Assembly (NCBI RefSeq): GCF_028641065.1
Contig: NC_073401.1
Location: forward strand, 13,702,001 to 13,766,000
Length of the DNA stretch: 64,000 bases
Direction of reading: 5' to 3'
Source: Leucoraja erinacea
Taxonomy: Eukaryota
In this document: piece after piece, positions 24,601 through 36,111 of the stretch
Layout: every line of letters starts with the position of its first letter
Position numbering within the stretch: position 1 is the first letter of the stretch
Program-made: the position numbers and the translations under genes
Notes under the pieces: model-generated
Databases searched by the model: none
Seen by the model: the letters and a program-made list of their open reading frames with translations, nothing else
Told to the model about the DNA's origin: nothing

Positions 24601-27600
24601 CTTCCCCCCCCCCAAGAAAAAGTTGTAGCAACACATATTTATTGCTACATTTACATTCATTTCCATTTTTTACACCACTTCTACGTTCTTAAAATTTATA
24701 GGAAATTGCAAAGAAAACACTTCAATTATGAATGCCAGTGCTGTTTATTATTTGGTGTATTCATTTCTTAAAATGTTCAAGTTCTTGCTATAGGACTGTG
24801 TAATAACCTGCACCAATCATAAATATGTTAAAGCAATCTCATTATTTGTGTTGTAATAAATTGTGGTTTTCAAGATAATCTGCTTGTTTTGATAGTATTT
24901 TGTCAATTAACTTACTCGGCTTCCAAGTATGTTAATTTTTATTATAGCTGGCTTCACGGACATAAGCAGTATTTAGCACCTTACACAATTATACTTCATT
25001 CATGCATTCTTAATTATGTTTATAACATGTAAAAACATATTTGGATATTTGACTAATGAGGCAGCAATCCAAGCTCAAAGCTGTGCATAAATGTTAAATG
25101 TTCTACAGCAGCTTTTAAAATAAATATCATGTTCAAAAAGGTCCTCGTCATTAGTTAAACTTCAACCATAGCATTAAATTTGAAGAATAAACGATTGATT
25201 TCCCATTATATCATATCTGCATTGTATTATTCCAGCATTTGTGTTTTGAACTGGATTTTCACTTACTATAATTTGTACTTGGTCATCCGGAAACCTACTG
25301 GTTGATTTCAGAGCAATTTGAAATCACTATAGTTGGAAAAAAAATTGTTTCAGTTCAAGATGTTGTTCTGTTGTATTGGTTTGTTCTACACTGCAAAAAA
25401 GAGCACATTGTTTTAAAAGTTTATGGTACTAAGTTTTGCTACATATAAATTATATTTTTTTGTATTGAAGGGTCTTCTGGCATTTGCTGAATCTATGAGC
25501 CTTTCTGTATCAGCCCATTTTGGAACAGCTGGGAAGTAAGCTTATTTTCTACCTGAGATTTACTGAAACAAACCAAAAATTATTTGCATATTTGTAGGTT
25601 ATCCGTAAAGGGCAGCACAGTGATAGAGCTGCTCCCACACAGAACCAGAAACCCTGGTTTGATCCTGTCTGTGTGGAGTTTGCATGTTCTCCCTGATACT
25701 ACGTGGATTTCCTCAGGGTGCTCCGGTTTCATCCCGCATTCTAATGATGTGTGGGTTTGTAAGTTAAGTGGTCTCTGTAAATTGCCCTCATTGTGTAGGG
25801 AGTGGATGAGAAAGTGGAATAACATGGAACTAGTGTGAACATGGTCAGCGTGAACTTGGTGGGCCAAAGAGCCTGGTGCCATGCTGTACCTTTATCAATC
25901 AAACTATGAATTCCAACAATTGTAGACTGCTTGCGGCTTAACAACTTGCATTATTTCATTCAAACAGCATTTGTGACTAGAAATACAGATAGCCTAAAGC
26001 TCATCTAAAGAACTGAATTTCAAAATGGGTTGATGGGAGTTTGAGGTGGATGTGTTCAGAGAGCCACGGTGCAGGTGCAAGTGAAGGGAAGGGGTGTTAA
26101 AGAAATATATGGTGCAGAGGTAGACTATTTAATTTATCATGCCATTATGGTTTAAACCAAAAGAACAATTTTGACTAATTTGCCCATGACCCTTTAGATC
26201 ACAGTCATGGAAACATACAACACGGAACCGGCCCTTCGCCACATCTTGCCTATGCTGATCAAGATGCCCCCATCACCACTAGCCCCACCTGCCCGTGTTT
26301 GACCCATGTCCCTCTAAACCTTTCCTTGTGTACCTGTCCACAATACTTGAGGTATTTTTAATTCATGGTATTGCTTCTGCCTCTACCACCCATTCATAGA
26401 AACATAGAAACATAGAAATTAGGTGCAGGAGTAGGCCATTCGGCCCTTCGAGCCTGCACCGCCATTCAATATGATCATGGCTGATCATCCAACTCAGTAT
26501 CCCGTACCTGCCTTCTCTCCATACCCTCTGATCCCCTTGGCCACAAGGGCCACATCTAACTCCCTCTTAAATATAGCCAATGAACTGGCCTCAACTACCC
26601 TCTGTGGCAGAGAGTTCCAGAGATTCACCACTCTCTGTGTGAAAAAAGTTCTCCTCATCTCGGTTCTAAAGGATTTCCCCCTTATTCAAAAGATGAAATC
26701 TCTCTAGTTCTCTTTGGATTAAAAAAAAAAAAAAAAAATCCTTCAATCAGTGAACCTGAAATATGATGCACCCTTGTTGATCTCTCTCAAAGACATGCAA
26801 AGACTAGACAATAAGAATTCCAGTTTATATTGTCTACTTTGCAAAATTGGATGCAAATCAATTCCATCTCCCTTTGGGATTTCTCCTTTAATGAGAACAA
26901 TCTTTGCCAAGCCAGTCTTTCCCCTTAAGTAAAATTCTCCAACCTTGGTAACATTCATGTGATGTGCCTGAAATGTACATAGTGCTCAAAGCGTAGTGTG
27001 AGCATTTTATACATCTTCTGTATAACCATGGCTAAATATTTTACAACTTTCTGCATCACCTTAACTGTATGTCAGGTAACCTTCAGCAACCTGTGAATTT
27101 GCACTAACATATTCCTCTAGACTGCCTCATTCCCCATCCCAAATCTACTACTTCATACTTTGCTCACTTATTGCTCACTTGGTCAGTTCATTGATATTCT
27201 GATTAAGTCAAAGAGCGATTATAAAAGCATCAGCACTTGAATCACCAACTCTTACTATCTAGAGCCCTTGGCACAGAATAATTAAACATTCAAATTCTTC
27301 TAAGCACATTTTTGTTCATAAGAACATAATATTTCTGCTAATTACATGATATTGAGATATTATTTTCTAAATGCTTAGTTTAGAGATGCAGCATGAAATG
27401 GTTTGCATCTGAAGCCAGTTCAGGCAATTTTGTCGTTGAGATAAGGTTTATCTCCATGAAATTAGTCTTTTTATCCATTTGATTTTACAGGCCAATTGCA
27501 TTTATTATTGATAATATGATGCTTGAAGGTATTTTCGTACTGGCTACGTTAACTGACATAGGGAGCCAGGCATCATCACAGCACACTCAGAACTTAAAGA

Positions 27601-30600
27601 CCTATGGCAATAAGAGGTAAGAAATTGTGGATAAACCTTTGATTATTATAATCCAGTTAACTGAAATATCCTTTGATGCTTTATTTCCCCAACTATTATT
27701 TCCTTTTGTTTGTGTAATGCAGCATTTGTAGTTCCTGGTTTCTACTGTTGTTTTGTTCTGTTTAACTGTTAATATGTTCACCCTCTATTGTATAGGAAAT
27801 GTTTTGATTAATATTGTTACTTGTGATCCTGAAAACCTTGCTTGATCAAATCATGCTATACACGATTTGATTGATTCAATCAAAATAGTATGATTTAGAC
27901 ACAATGCTGGAGTAACTCAGCAGGTTAGGCAGCATCTCTGGATAGAAGGAATTGGTGACGTTTCATGTTGAGACCCTTCTTCAGACTGAAATTCAGGGGA
28001 GAGGGGGACAGAGATAAGGAAGTGGATTTTTAGAAATCCACTCCTCTGTACATTTGGTACATTATTTTCCTGACTTTATTAAAATTGTTGACCAATCTGA
28101 CCTTTTTTAAAAAATCTGACCGTTGCCCAGCTGCTGACGTTACAATAACAGTGACATTTATTCTTCTGGTAGAAATTTTCTTTATGATTTCAAAAATCCA
28201 CTCCTCTATAAATTTGGTGAATTATTTCCTGAGATATTTACTAATATTTATCACCAAACTGACATTTTTTTAAAAATAACGGTTGCCCAGCTGCTGACCT
28301 CACAATGCCTTTCCTTGTGGCCCCCCCCTCCCCAACGCCGCTCTGGATTAATGCAGCTGCTGTCAACGCGCATGCGTAGTTTTCCACGAGGTACGTTAGC
28401 CCACACCCCCGTTCTTCAAAACGCGCAGAAAGAGGCGTCGCTCACAGCTGCTCGCTCACAGCCGGAGGCCACCGGCTTGCTTCTGAATCCTCTCCGTCTC
28501 CCCCGCCCGATCGTAGAACATGGTGGCGGTAGCCGTTATTGTCGCGCGGGGCACGCAATGAAAAGGTGGCACTGGCGGCCATTACTCCCTCTATGAGAAA
28601 CCCGTGATTCCTCCGTTGATCGCAGGGACACGGGGAATCGTAACGCGAAAGCTGCAGAGACTCTCCACGCCGCCCGATGTCCAGAGAGCTGCCGATGCTC
28701 GCTGCCCTTTCGCAGTCGGCCCCGTCCGAGCCGCCCGCTCGCCGAGTTCAAGTCCGCCCTCACCTTCTCTCCCCATCCTCCTCCCCACTACCCCCTCTCC
28801 CGCTCCCTACCTCCTCCTCTCCCTTCCTCCCCTCCCCTCCGCCCCCCCTCCTCTACCCCCCCCCCCCCTCATCTCCCGCCCTTTCCTCTCCCCCCCGTCC
28901 CTCCCTCCCAACCCCTCCCCACTCTTCCCCCTACCCATCGCCCTACCTCTCCCTCCGTTCCCTCTCCTCCCCACCCCCTCTTTTCCCCCCCACCTCTTCC
29001 CCCTTTCCTCTCCTTCCTCTCCCCTCCCTCTCTGTCTCCGCCCCTCTCTGTCTCTGGGGTCAGGAAGCATCTGTCGAGAACATAGACAGACTTCTTCAGA
29101 CTGCTGAAATCTGCTCCACTTTGAAATGTAAATTAACTGAGGTTACAATCTCGTATTCCAAAGAAAACAACCCCTAGTTCATCCAGGCTTCCTTCATAAC
29201 TATAACTTTCTTATCCAAACAACACTTTCATAAATTTTCTCTGTGTCATCCAGTAATGATAGCCCACAACTGTATGCAACATTCAAACTGTGGCCTATCC
29301 AGTTTTATGTATAGTTCAAACATTATCGTCTAGACAGACACATCAGTGAATCAAATATTATCTTGCACTAAATGTTGAACCCTTTATGTGCACTGTGATT
29401 GTAATCATGTGTAGTCTTGTCTTTGACTGGATAGCATGCAAACCAAAGCTTTTTACTGTACCTCAGTACATGTGACAATAATAAACTGAACTATAACATT
29501 TATCTACCAGCAGTGATGATCAGCCAAACATTCAGACTGAAGATGTGAATGAATTGATTAATGAAGAAATTAATTCACCAGCAATACCCATAGTAACCAC
29601 TACACAAAAAGATGGTCGGTCCCAAATTCAGAAAAGAAAGGACCACTGCAGGAGCCCCAGATTTACAGAAGATCTAAATCAAAATGTCAAGATATCCTCT
29701 GTGTTTAGCAATTACTTAGCGGATGGAGTTGAAAATGAAATGGTGCCTGGAACACCACCAAATAAAAAGGTAGAGTATTGGTTTTTTTAAATGAGATGTT
29801 TTTGTTGAAATAAACTTAACATTGAAATGCAGATTAAAATAATGTACTTTGGACTATTTAGCATTATACTGCAGGTAACCTCTACATTTGATTTAGTTTC
29901 ATGTTTCCCTAACAGAACCATGCTTCCTTTCTCTCATGTATTAGCCTCCACAGGGGGGTAGGGGTGGGTATTTAGGTCTCACAGATGGATAGTCACATTG
30001 GGAGCACTGAATGCAGTAAACTAGGTTTGGGGAGGTACATGTGAAACTTCACCTAACCCAGAAAAGCAAGCTGCTGGGGTCCCATGATAGATATAAACAT
30101 GATCTGGTGATGTTCAACATGAGCATCTCCCGCTGGGAAACTCATTGCAAGAGGCCGTCATATCTAATCACACTTAAACACTCAGCTCTGTACTGACAAG
30201 GAGCAGATGACTGCATGCTGGCAATAGAATCACTTAGTAGGAACACTGCAGTGGATCTAATCATATGCATCGTACTCGGTAATGAGCGTAGTCCCCGATT
30301 TCCCAATGGGTAGTTGTAGTAGGAGAGGGTGCGGATTAGGGAAAAAGCAGAGGATGCCCATTCCCAATCACTAGGAACTGGAGACAGGGGTTAGGACAGA
30401 CTCCTGCACGATTACAGGGAAAACAGTGGCAGCCTCTACATGTAATTGAAATATTACATTATTTCTCCTACTTTTCCTAAGCAGTACATGAAGGTAGGAA
30501 TAAAAAGTTTCCTTGCAGGTTAGAAATATGGCTGATGATCTGCACTTTGCCACAGGTGGGGCAGATGGTACACGATGAGGTAGCTCAATAGATTGCTTAG

Positions 30601-31537
30601 AATGTTTCTGTGACGTTGAATTCCTCCAGCACTTTGTTTTGCTCAAGATCTCAGCATCTGCAGTTCCTTGTATCTCCACGATCCAGGACAAACTTCCATG
30701 GCAAAGATATTCTAGTTTTTCTCAGATCTGACAAGGGAAGTGTGCCTAGTTGTGCCGTTTTTATGCAAACCACAATTATTCTGATCAGTTACTGCCCCAA
30801 CAGTTGAATGAATCTAGGGGGATTTGTTGATGATTCAGGACAAAAAATAGATAAAAGATACGAAACAATAGACCATATGCCCCAGTCTATTGTCAGTCAA
30901 TAAAATCATAATTGATTCAGTGTCATAAGGCCACTTTCCCACCAATCCAATTATCTAAATTTCTAACCTACTAAATTATGACAGTCACTTTGACAAAACA
31001 AGGGAATGGCCATTCAAAACACGCTGGAGGGTAGTGAAGCTTTAGAATTTATCATGGATAATTAACTCAGTTGCTGAATATGATTAGTTTTTTGCGAATT
31101 TAAGAAAGGCATATGGAGTGAGTGCAGGAAAATGTGGCGCTTGGGTCAAAAATCAGTCATTACTCTGCTTGAAAGTGGGCATCAGATCAAATGGCCACAT
31201 ACCTATACCAGATTCTTGTGAACCAATCTAATCAATGATTTACATAGTTTGATAGTAATTCTGATTTTGCGTTCACTGTTCCTGCTTATAAAAGTCTGAC
31301 CTGAGAATCTTGAAAGTTATGTCCTCTAACATGTTTAATATTGTTATGTAATTTAAAGATTTACAATCTTGGTATTAATCCTGTTTCTTTCCAAAACAGT
31401 TGTGTTCACTATTCTTCAGTGCTGTGTTAACCAAACATCAGAAGAACAGTCATCAAACCTTGGTGAGCCTAGCAGATGACAGTGAGGAGGAGGATATTAA
31501 GGAAGGAAAACACAGGCAAAAGTTCTCAGAACTCTGA
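12614..31537 (+). CDS. RAD9B: RAD9 checkpoint clamp component (9-1-1), RAD9B by synteny, whole spliced gene model (424 aa)
   Basis: Eleven coding exons total 1275 nt, in frame with GT-AG junctions. Rad9 motifs [19 protein letters not shown], [13 protein letters not shown], [22 protein letters not shown]. Lies between VPS29 and PPTC7 as human RAD9B does. Confidence 0.92.
13174..13244 (+). CDS. RAD9B: RAD9B coding exon 2
   Basis: [24 protein letters not shown]; TTTGCAG acceptor, GTAAGT donor. Confidence 0.92.
14143..14445 (+). mobile_element. tRNA-derived SINE
   Basis: Head GCAGCTGGTAGAGCTGCTGC...TTCGATCCTGACC and the family core. Confidence 0.8.
14685..14837 (+). CDS. RAD9B: RAD9B coding exon 3
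   Basis: [26 protein letters not shown]...NCKMAIK; 153 nt. Confidence 0.92.
14872..17470 (-). mobile_element. CR1/HER1-type LINE split by a Penelope insertion (CR1 parts 14872-15554 and 17160-17470)
   Basis: [15 protein letters not shown]...SKFADY...ADYYQN on one side continues into [18 protein letters not shown] and the CR1 tail on the other. Confidence 0.88.
15555..17159 (-). mobile_element. Penelope-like retroelement (probably Neptune type), 5'-truncated and frameshifted
   Basis: RT motifs [38 protein letters not shown]; Cys linker CNRRRCNT; [35 protein letters not shown]. 14-bp flanking duplication CATTCTGATAATAA at 15541-15554 and 17160-17173. Confidence 0.92.
18432..18546 (+). CDS. 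RAD9B: RAD9B coding exon 4
   Basis: [39 protein letters not shown]; 115 nt. Confidence 0.9.
19155..19254 (+). CDS. RAD9B: RAD9B coding exon 5
   Basis: [33 protein letters not shown]; 100 nt. Confidence 0.9.
19740..20185 (-). mobile_element. Older CR1-type LINE 3' fragment
   Basis: Reverse-complement CR1 3' region (CTCCAGAGAAAACAATCCAAGTTTGTCC, GGCAGCCTGTTCCAGGCACC). Confidence 0.65.
20504..20610 (+). CDS. RAD9B: RAD9B coding exon 6
   Basis: [35 protein letters not shown]; 107 nt. Confidence 0.9.
20721..20827 (+). CDS. RAD9B: RAD9B coding exon 7
   Basis: [35 protein letters not shown]; 107 nt. Confidence 0.92.
21180..21600 (+). mobile_element. LINE-derived 3' tail (Rex1/L2-like) carrying a nested hAT MITE
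   Basis: Ends CACTGTACCTCGGTACTTGTGACAATAAACTAAAC; the same tail occurs at about 29345-29495 and 51960-52020. Confidence 0.6.
21238..21409. mobile_element. hAT-type MITE
   Basis: TIRs CAGTGGTTCTTAACCT / AGGTTAAGAGCCACTG; perfect 8-bp TSD ATCTACTT at 21230-21237 and 21410-21417. Confidence 0.88.
22670..23020 (+). mobile_element. CR1-type LINE 3' fragment
   Basis: [30 protein letters not shown]...KKHLDRYMD. Confidence 0.8.
25471..25535 (+). CDS. RAD9B: RAD9B coding exon 8
   Basis: [22 protein letters not shown]; 65 nt; donor GTAAGC. Confidence 0.9.
25609..25905 (+). mobile_element. tRNA-derived SINE
   Basis: Head GGGCAGCACAGTG..GGTTTGATCC; core GTGTGGAGTTTGCATGTTCTCCC. Confidence 0.8.
26395..26690 (-). 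mobile_element. Young CR1/HER1 3' end
   Basis: (CATAGAAA)n tail and near identity to the reverse complement of 56580-56826. Confidence 0.85.
27491..27616 (+). CDS. RAD9B: RAD9B coding exon 9
   Basis: [30 protein letters not shown]...; TTTTACAG acceptor, GTAAGA donor. Confidence 0.9.
27896..28020 (-). repeat. Penelope terminal repeat with hammerhead core motif
   Basis: Minus strand reads CAGT-CTGAAGA-AGGGTCTCAACAT-GAAA-CGTC-ACC. Confidence 0.75.
28026..29050 (+). repeat. Helitron-related internal repeat with about 160-bp tandem subunits, a CpG-rich segment and a C-rich low-complexity tract
   Basis: AATCCACTCCTC..GTTGCCCAGCTGCTGAC occurs twice (about 28034 and 28194) and resembles 63410-63490; C/T-rich tract at 28750-29050. 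Confidence 0.55.
29511..29769 (+). CDS. RAD9B: RAD9B coding exon 10 (disordered tail)
   Basis: Open 259-nt frame ending VPGTPPNKK|GTAGAG; CAGCAG tandem acceptor; phases fit both neighbours. Confidence 0.82.
31400..31537 (+). CDS. RAD9B: RAD9B last coding exon
   Basis: [10 protein letters not shown]...[10 protein letters not shown]...FSEL*. First downstream AATAAA at 31970-31975. Confidence 0.88.
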   Translation: MCSLFFSAVLTKHQKNSHQTLVSLADDSEEEDIKEGKHRQKFSEL

Positions 31538-33499
31538 GTGACAGTCCTGGGAATATCTAACTCAATAGCTTCAGGATCAGGACAGCCAATGGGCAGCTTT
31601 ACGAGGAAAGCAAGAATCTTGCTGATCTTAACAACTGCAACAATGGGATATAGACATTGCATTTGTTTCTGCTCTTCAGCATGTTATGAACGGACTTACA
31701 GTAATGATTAGATGCATTTACATTTGTTTTAAAGCATCACAATCATTGACTTCACGTTAAGCATTAAGAATGGCAAATTCAAAGTTGCAAGTTGAGATTT
31801 GAATCAAATCTCTTGCAGACAATTCATTTAAAAAAAGTTTAATTTTTTTTTAATGAAATGCAAGTCAATTTGAATTTTGCAAATTGTAAAAAATCTCCAA
31901 CTATACTTACACCAATCAAATGTGAAAATAATTAAATGCTTTAATCACTATAACATTTTATAATATGTGAATAAATTTGCCATTTTTTGATAATAGCCAA
32001 TCTTCTTTTGATAGCAAAGATGTTTAAGTTTAAGGCAATTATTTGATTTATTGCAATCTTTTGCATTTTAGTCTTTCAAAACATACTAGCAAGATTTGTA
32101 ATGGCAAGATCTTGACTGAATTAAAAGTTTTTCATGTAACTTACTTAAACCAATGACCCACGGAGAGTACAAGATCTGGTGATTGCTGGAGCAATTTTTC
32201 AGAGCGATGCATTTCTAAAATTCGAGTTTAAGAATGCTGCCTACTTTACTTAGTTTCAAATTATATTACAAGTAAAATCTCAGCATAATACTTAATGGTA
32301 ACTGACTAACCAGTAAATGGTGGCATATGCATTATACACTTAAGATGTTCAATTGCAAATATTTTTCTAGTTAAGATGCAATATAATGTAAATTCAGTAG
32401 ATTGAAACAATCAAGACAGCTGTTAATAAACATCCAAAAAGATTTGAACAGGTGCGGCATGACGTACAAGTTTTGAACATGTCAAAATTAAGATAATTAA
32501 TAGTGAGCAGTGGAAAATACTGGCAACTAACTTGGCCCTATGATTGTTTAAAAATAGAAGCACAGCAGAGGATGCTATTTAGCCTATTATATATATACAC
32601 AGCCTTTGGTAGAGGAAAATAAATGAAGCTCCTCAAGCCTGCAAAACTAAAATAAGATTCACATGATGTCTGGCATTACCACTGGAGCATTATTTTGCAA
32701 TGCTCAGCAGAAACGATTACAGCTTTAAAATTGTACTCTATTTGCTGATTTAATAAAATTAAAATAGTTTCACTTGGACATGGTACAATTGCACCATCCA
32801 TATTTACCTATGTCAATGAAAAATTACAAATGCAGAACAATTGGCTACTTACATATTCAATACCCAAGTACTTTTATATTCTACATCATCCATTTTGGAA
32901 AGGTTTTTTGTAAAGATGAGTAAAGTTGGCAAAGTTAAATATTAAATAGCATATTGGAAACAAGGGATAGAGAGAGCCAAGCACCTAACCTTGACACTTC
33001 ACTAATCCATGTTTAGATTTGACATTTAGAATCACCAGCTGGTTAAAGATGAATGTCAAGATGAAACTGAAATGAAAATATTGGAACGTAATGCTCTCCT
33101 TTTGGAATTCAAGCCACTGTTTAGGTTACAGTAATGTTAACCTTGAAAACATTGCATTTGACATTAAAATACTGGATATACACTTGGTTAATACTGTAAT
33201 GCATGTAATTACATACAACAGCATGCAGCGAAAGCATAATGTTGGTGGTCACTTTAAATAATTTTGAGTAATGAGGACTTCCATATTCAAAATTCAAGGC
33301 AATGCACATCTCTGGAATTTAATCATGTATATTCCCAAGAATTTGTGCTCCCATGTTCAAAATCAGAGTGCCAGAGACCCAGATTTTATCCTAACCTCAG
33401 GTGCTCTCTGGAGAGTTTGCACATGCTCCCTGTGACTGCAATGGTTTCCTCCCACACCCCCACGAAGTGTAGGTTCAATGTTCACACATGGGTAGAAAC

Positions 33500-36052
33500 A
33501 AGTACTTAGATACAATATTTTATTAACTAATTGTACAGCTTTTCAACATGTACACAATTATTCCTGCATTTATATTTACGTTACAGTTGAAGCATACAAT
33601 AGTTAGTTACTTCGATGAGTAAAAACATCACCCTTCATTGGGAGGGAATATACCCTTTCACCAAGTTATATACTTTTCCACACACACCAATTAAAATTCC
33701 GTTTAGTCCAAAACAAACTAACTTGAAGGACAATGAATTTTCCCAATTTCAACAATTGTGAGAATTAAAGTTAGCTTGCCTTGAAAAATATTGTCAAAGG
33801 CCTGTAAACATAACTGTCCAATTATTTTGTGCGCAATTTTTTTGTTTAAAAAGAGATGGCTTCAGTTGAGCACTATCTCCTACACATACAGTAGTGCATT
33901 ATAGAACATACTCTAAAATTAAAACTCTAGCCCAAAGCAGGTATTGTGTAATGTTTCAGTACAGTATTGCTTAAAAACTAGTTTCTGTGTAGGGGAAGAA
34001 AAATGCATTCTGGTCTTTGGTGTGTACTTGTGACCATATGAAAGTTTATTTCCCACTAGGAATAATACAATTTTAGTTTGCGATTATCCAGCATTCAAGT
34101 GTGGCAAACAGGTTTTTTTTAATCTTCACCTTTACAAAAAGTCTTTTACTGGATCACTTCATACAAAAATACCCATTTAAATAAAATTGGAACTAAAGCT
34201 TATTTTTGCCACGTGGAAGAGTCTGTCACACAGCCACCACCTCCTTCAACCCCAAATTATTCTTTTTGGTAAAATGTAAGGCCTCATGTTGTCAACATTA
34301 CATATTTTTTTACCAAGAAAGTGGAAAATGTGCATAACCTACAAAGATGCATAAACAACTCATAACGTGGAATGTTGCTACCTTTATTTTTGTATTGTGT
34401 AAAAATCTACACAAATTTGTATTATGCAGTCAGGAAAGTTCAAAATGAAATTCAGTGCAGAGCATGCAACTCCATAGACAAAATTGAAAGTAGGATTAAA
34501 GGAAGACTGTTACTAAATAGTTTTGGTGCTCTATTCTGGCTTGAATGGAAATTTAAGACATTTTGTAAACTGTCAAATCCAATTTTATAAAGGACAACTT
34601 TTCTTTGGGTGGAGCTCCATTTCCCCCCAAAATTTTAGATAGTTACAAAGATGTCTGCTTCTAGATCGGTTTAATTTTTCAATCTGGATAAATATATTTG
34701 TCCACTCCAATATCATCGAATAAGCAAAAAATGTAGTAACAAACCAACACCCTTCCTAAAATTAGCACATTTTGATAAAAACGTTTCTTGAATAATTTGT
34801 GGTGCAATATAACCATAAGTGGACAAAAAGGTTTAAGTATCTGCTGTCCACCAAAATACTGAGTTTTAAAAAGGTTCCAAAGCATTCAGACAACCAAAAT
34901 CTAAAAAAAAACATAATTGGAACTCAGATCCATAAATGCAAGCAATGTGCAAAACCAAGGAAGGAGTATAAAGTATTCTAGTTTATGTGACTAACAAAAA
35001 AAAATGCCTGTTACAAGCATGTTTAAATAGGAAATTGACATGTACATGGTACATGTAAATAAATTAAGTCATACTATGTACAGCATACATAATGAAACAT
35101 AACCCCCATATAGGAAAATAAAACAAAATACACTGGCCATATCTTTCTCAAAAATTACCTGATTTACTATGTAGTTAGAAATGGCTTCATGGCTTTAATC
35201 TCTCCATGGGCTGCATGCTACAACATTTTATAGCCAATTGTTCTCTACACAAAACCAGAACAATTATGCTAATCCATCAAAATAGTTTTCTGCATCCAGC
35301 TATTAGCATAATTAATCTCAACTATTTGAGGCAATTAATAAAGTTAAACATCCATGTTGTTCAGTGGGCGGGTGAAGGATTTTAATATTACGTCATGTGC
35401 CATCAACAACGATCCTCAATTTTCAACTTTTATCAGAACGCAATTCTGAACATTGAATACAGGCGACCCCATTATGAGGATTGCTTTCCTAGAAAATAGT
35501 CCATATTATGAAGCTGTGTCAAGAAATTCAAGTTGCAAAACTAAGTGCATTTCCTTGCTCGTTCCCCTCCTTCCCTCCCTTCCATCAATTCCAAGCACAT
35601 TTTATCCTGTATCTCAAATTTCAGTAATTAATTCTGTAAGGGTGAATTTCTGTTACCTGAAAACCCACAATGTGGGGGTCGCCTGTATTTTAAAGCAGTA
35701 GTGCCGATGCCTATTGGTTTATGTGCCATCCAATCAAATAATTGGCAAATTATTGGACTACAGTACTGTTACAAACCAAGCATCATGTGACAGGCCATTA
35801 TCCTTTCTGAACTACTGCCCTAGCAAAGTACTGCTGGAAGAGGTTTATTTTTTCCCTGTATTCAAGCTCATTTAAGATCATTTAGAATCTCTTGCTGACT
35901 TTAGGGCTTGTTTTGTAGTGTCAAGCTTTTGCTTGAACGAAGGAAAAATTGTACAGTGAGAATGGCCAGCCTATTGAGAAGTTATCATCGAGGAAATGAA
36001 GTCCTGCCAGCAGGAAACAGTGGAATTTGAATTTTCAGGTAAAATGATGCAG
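33500..36052 (-). other. PPTC7: Probable long PPTC7 3' UTR with polyA signal at 33519-33524
   Basis: About 2.5 kb AT-rich stretch without recognisable repeats downstream of the stop codon. It ends at TTTATT on the plus strand (AATAAA on minus) just before a SINE fragment. Confidence 0.55.
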
Positions 36053-36111
36053 TTAGTCTGTATATTCTGCTACTATTGACAGTAGAACAGTGATGTCATC
36101 TGGTTTACCCC
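36053..36111 (-). CDS. PPTC7: PPTC7 coding exon 6
   Basis: [19 protein letters not shown]. Confidence 0.95.

Noticed and set aside
28604-29177. Proline-rich and Gly/Arg-rich ORFs of about 167 aa
   Set aside because: Translations of a low-complexity C/T tract.
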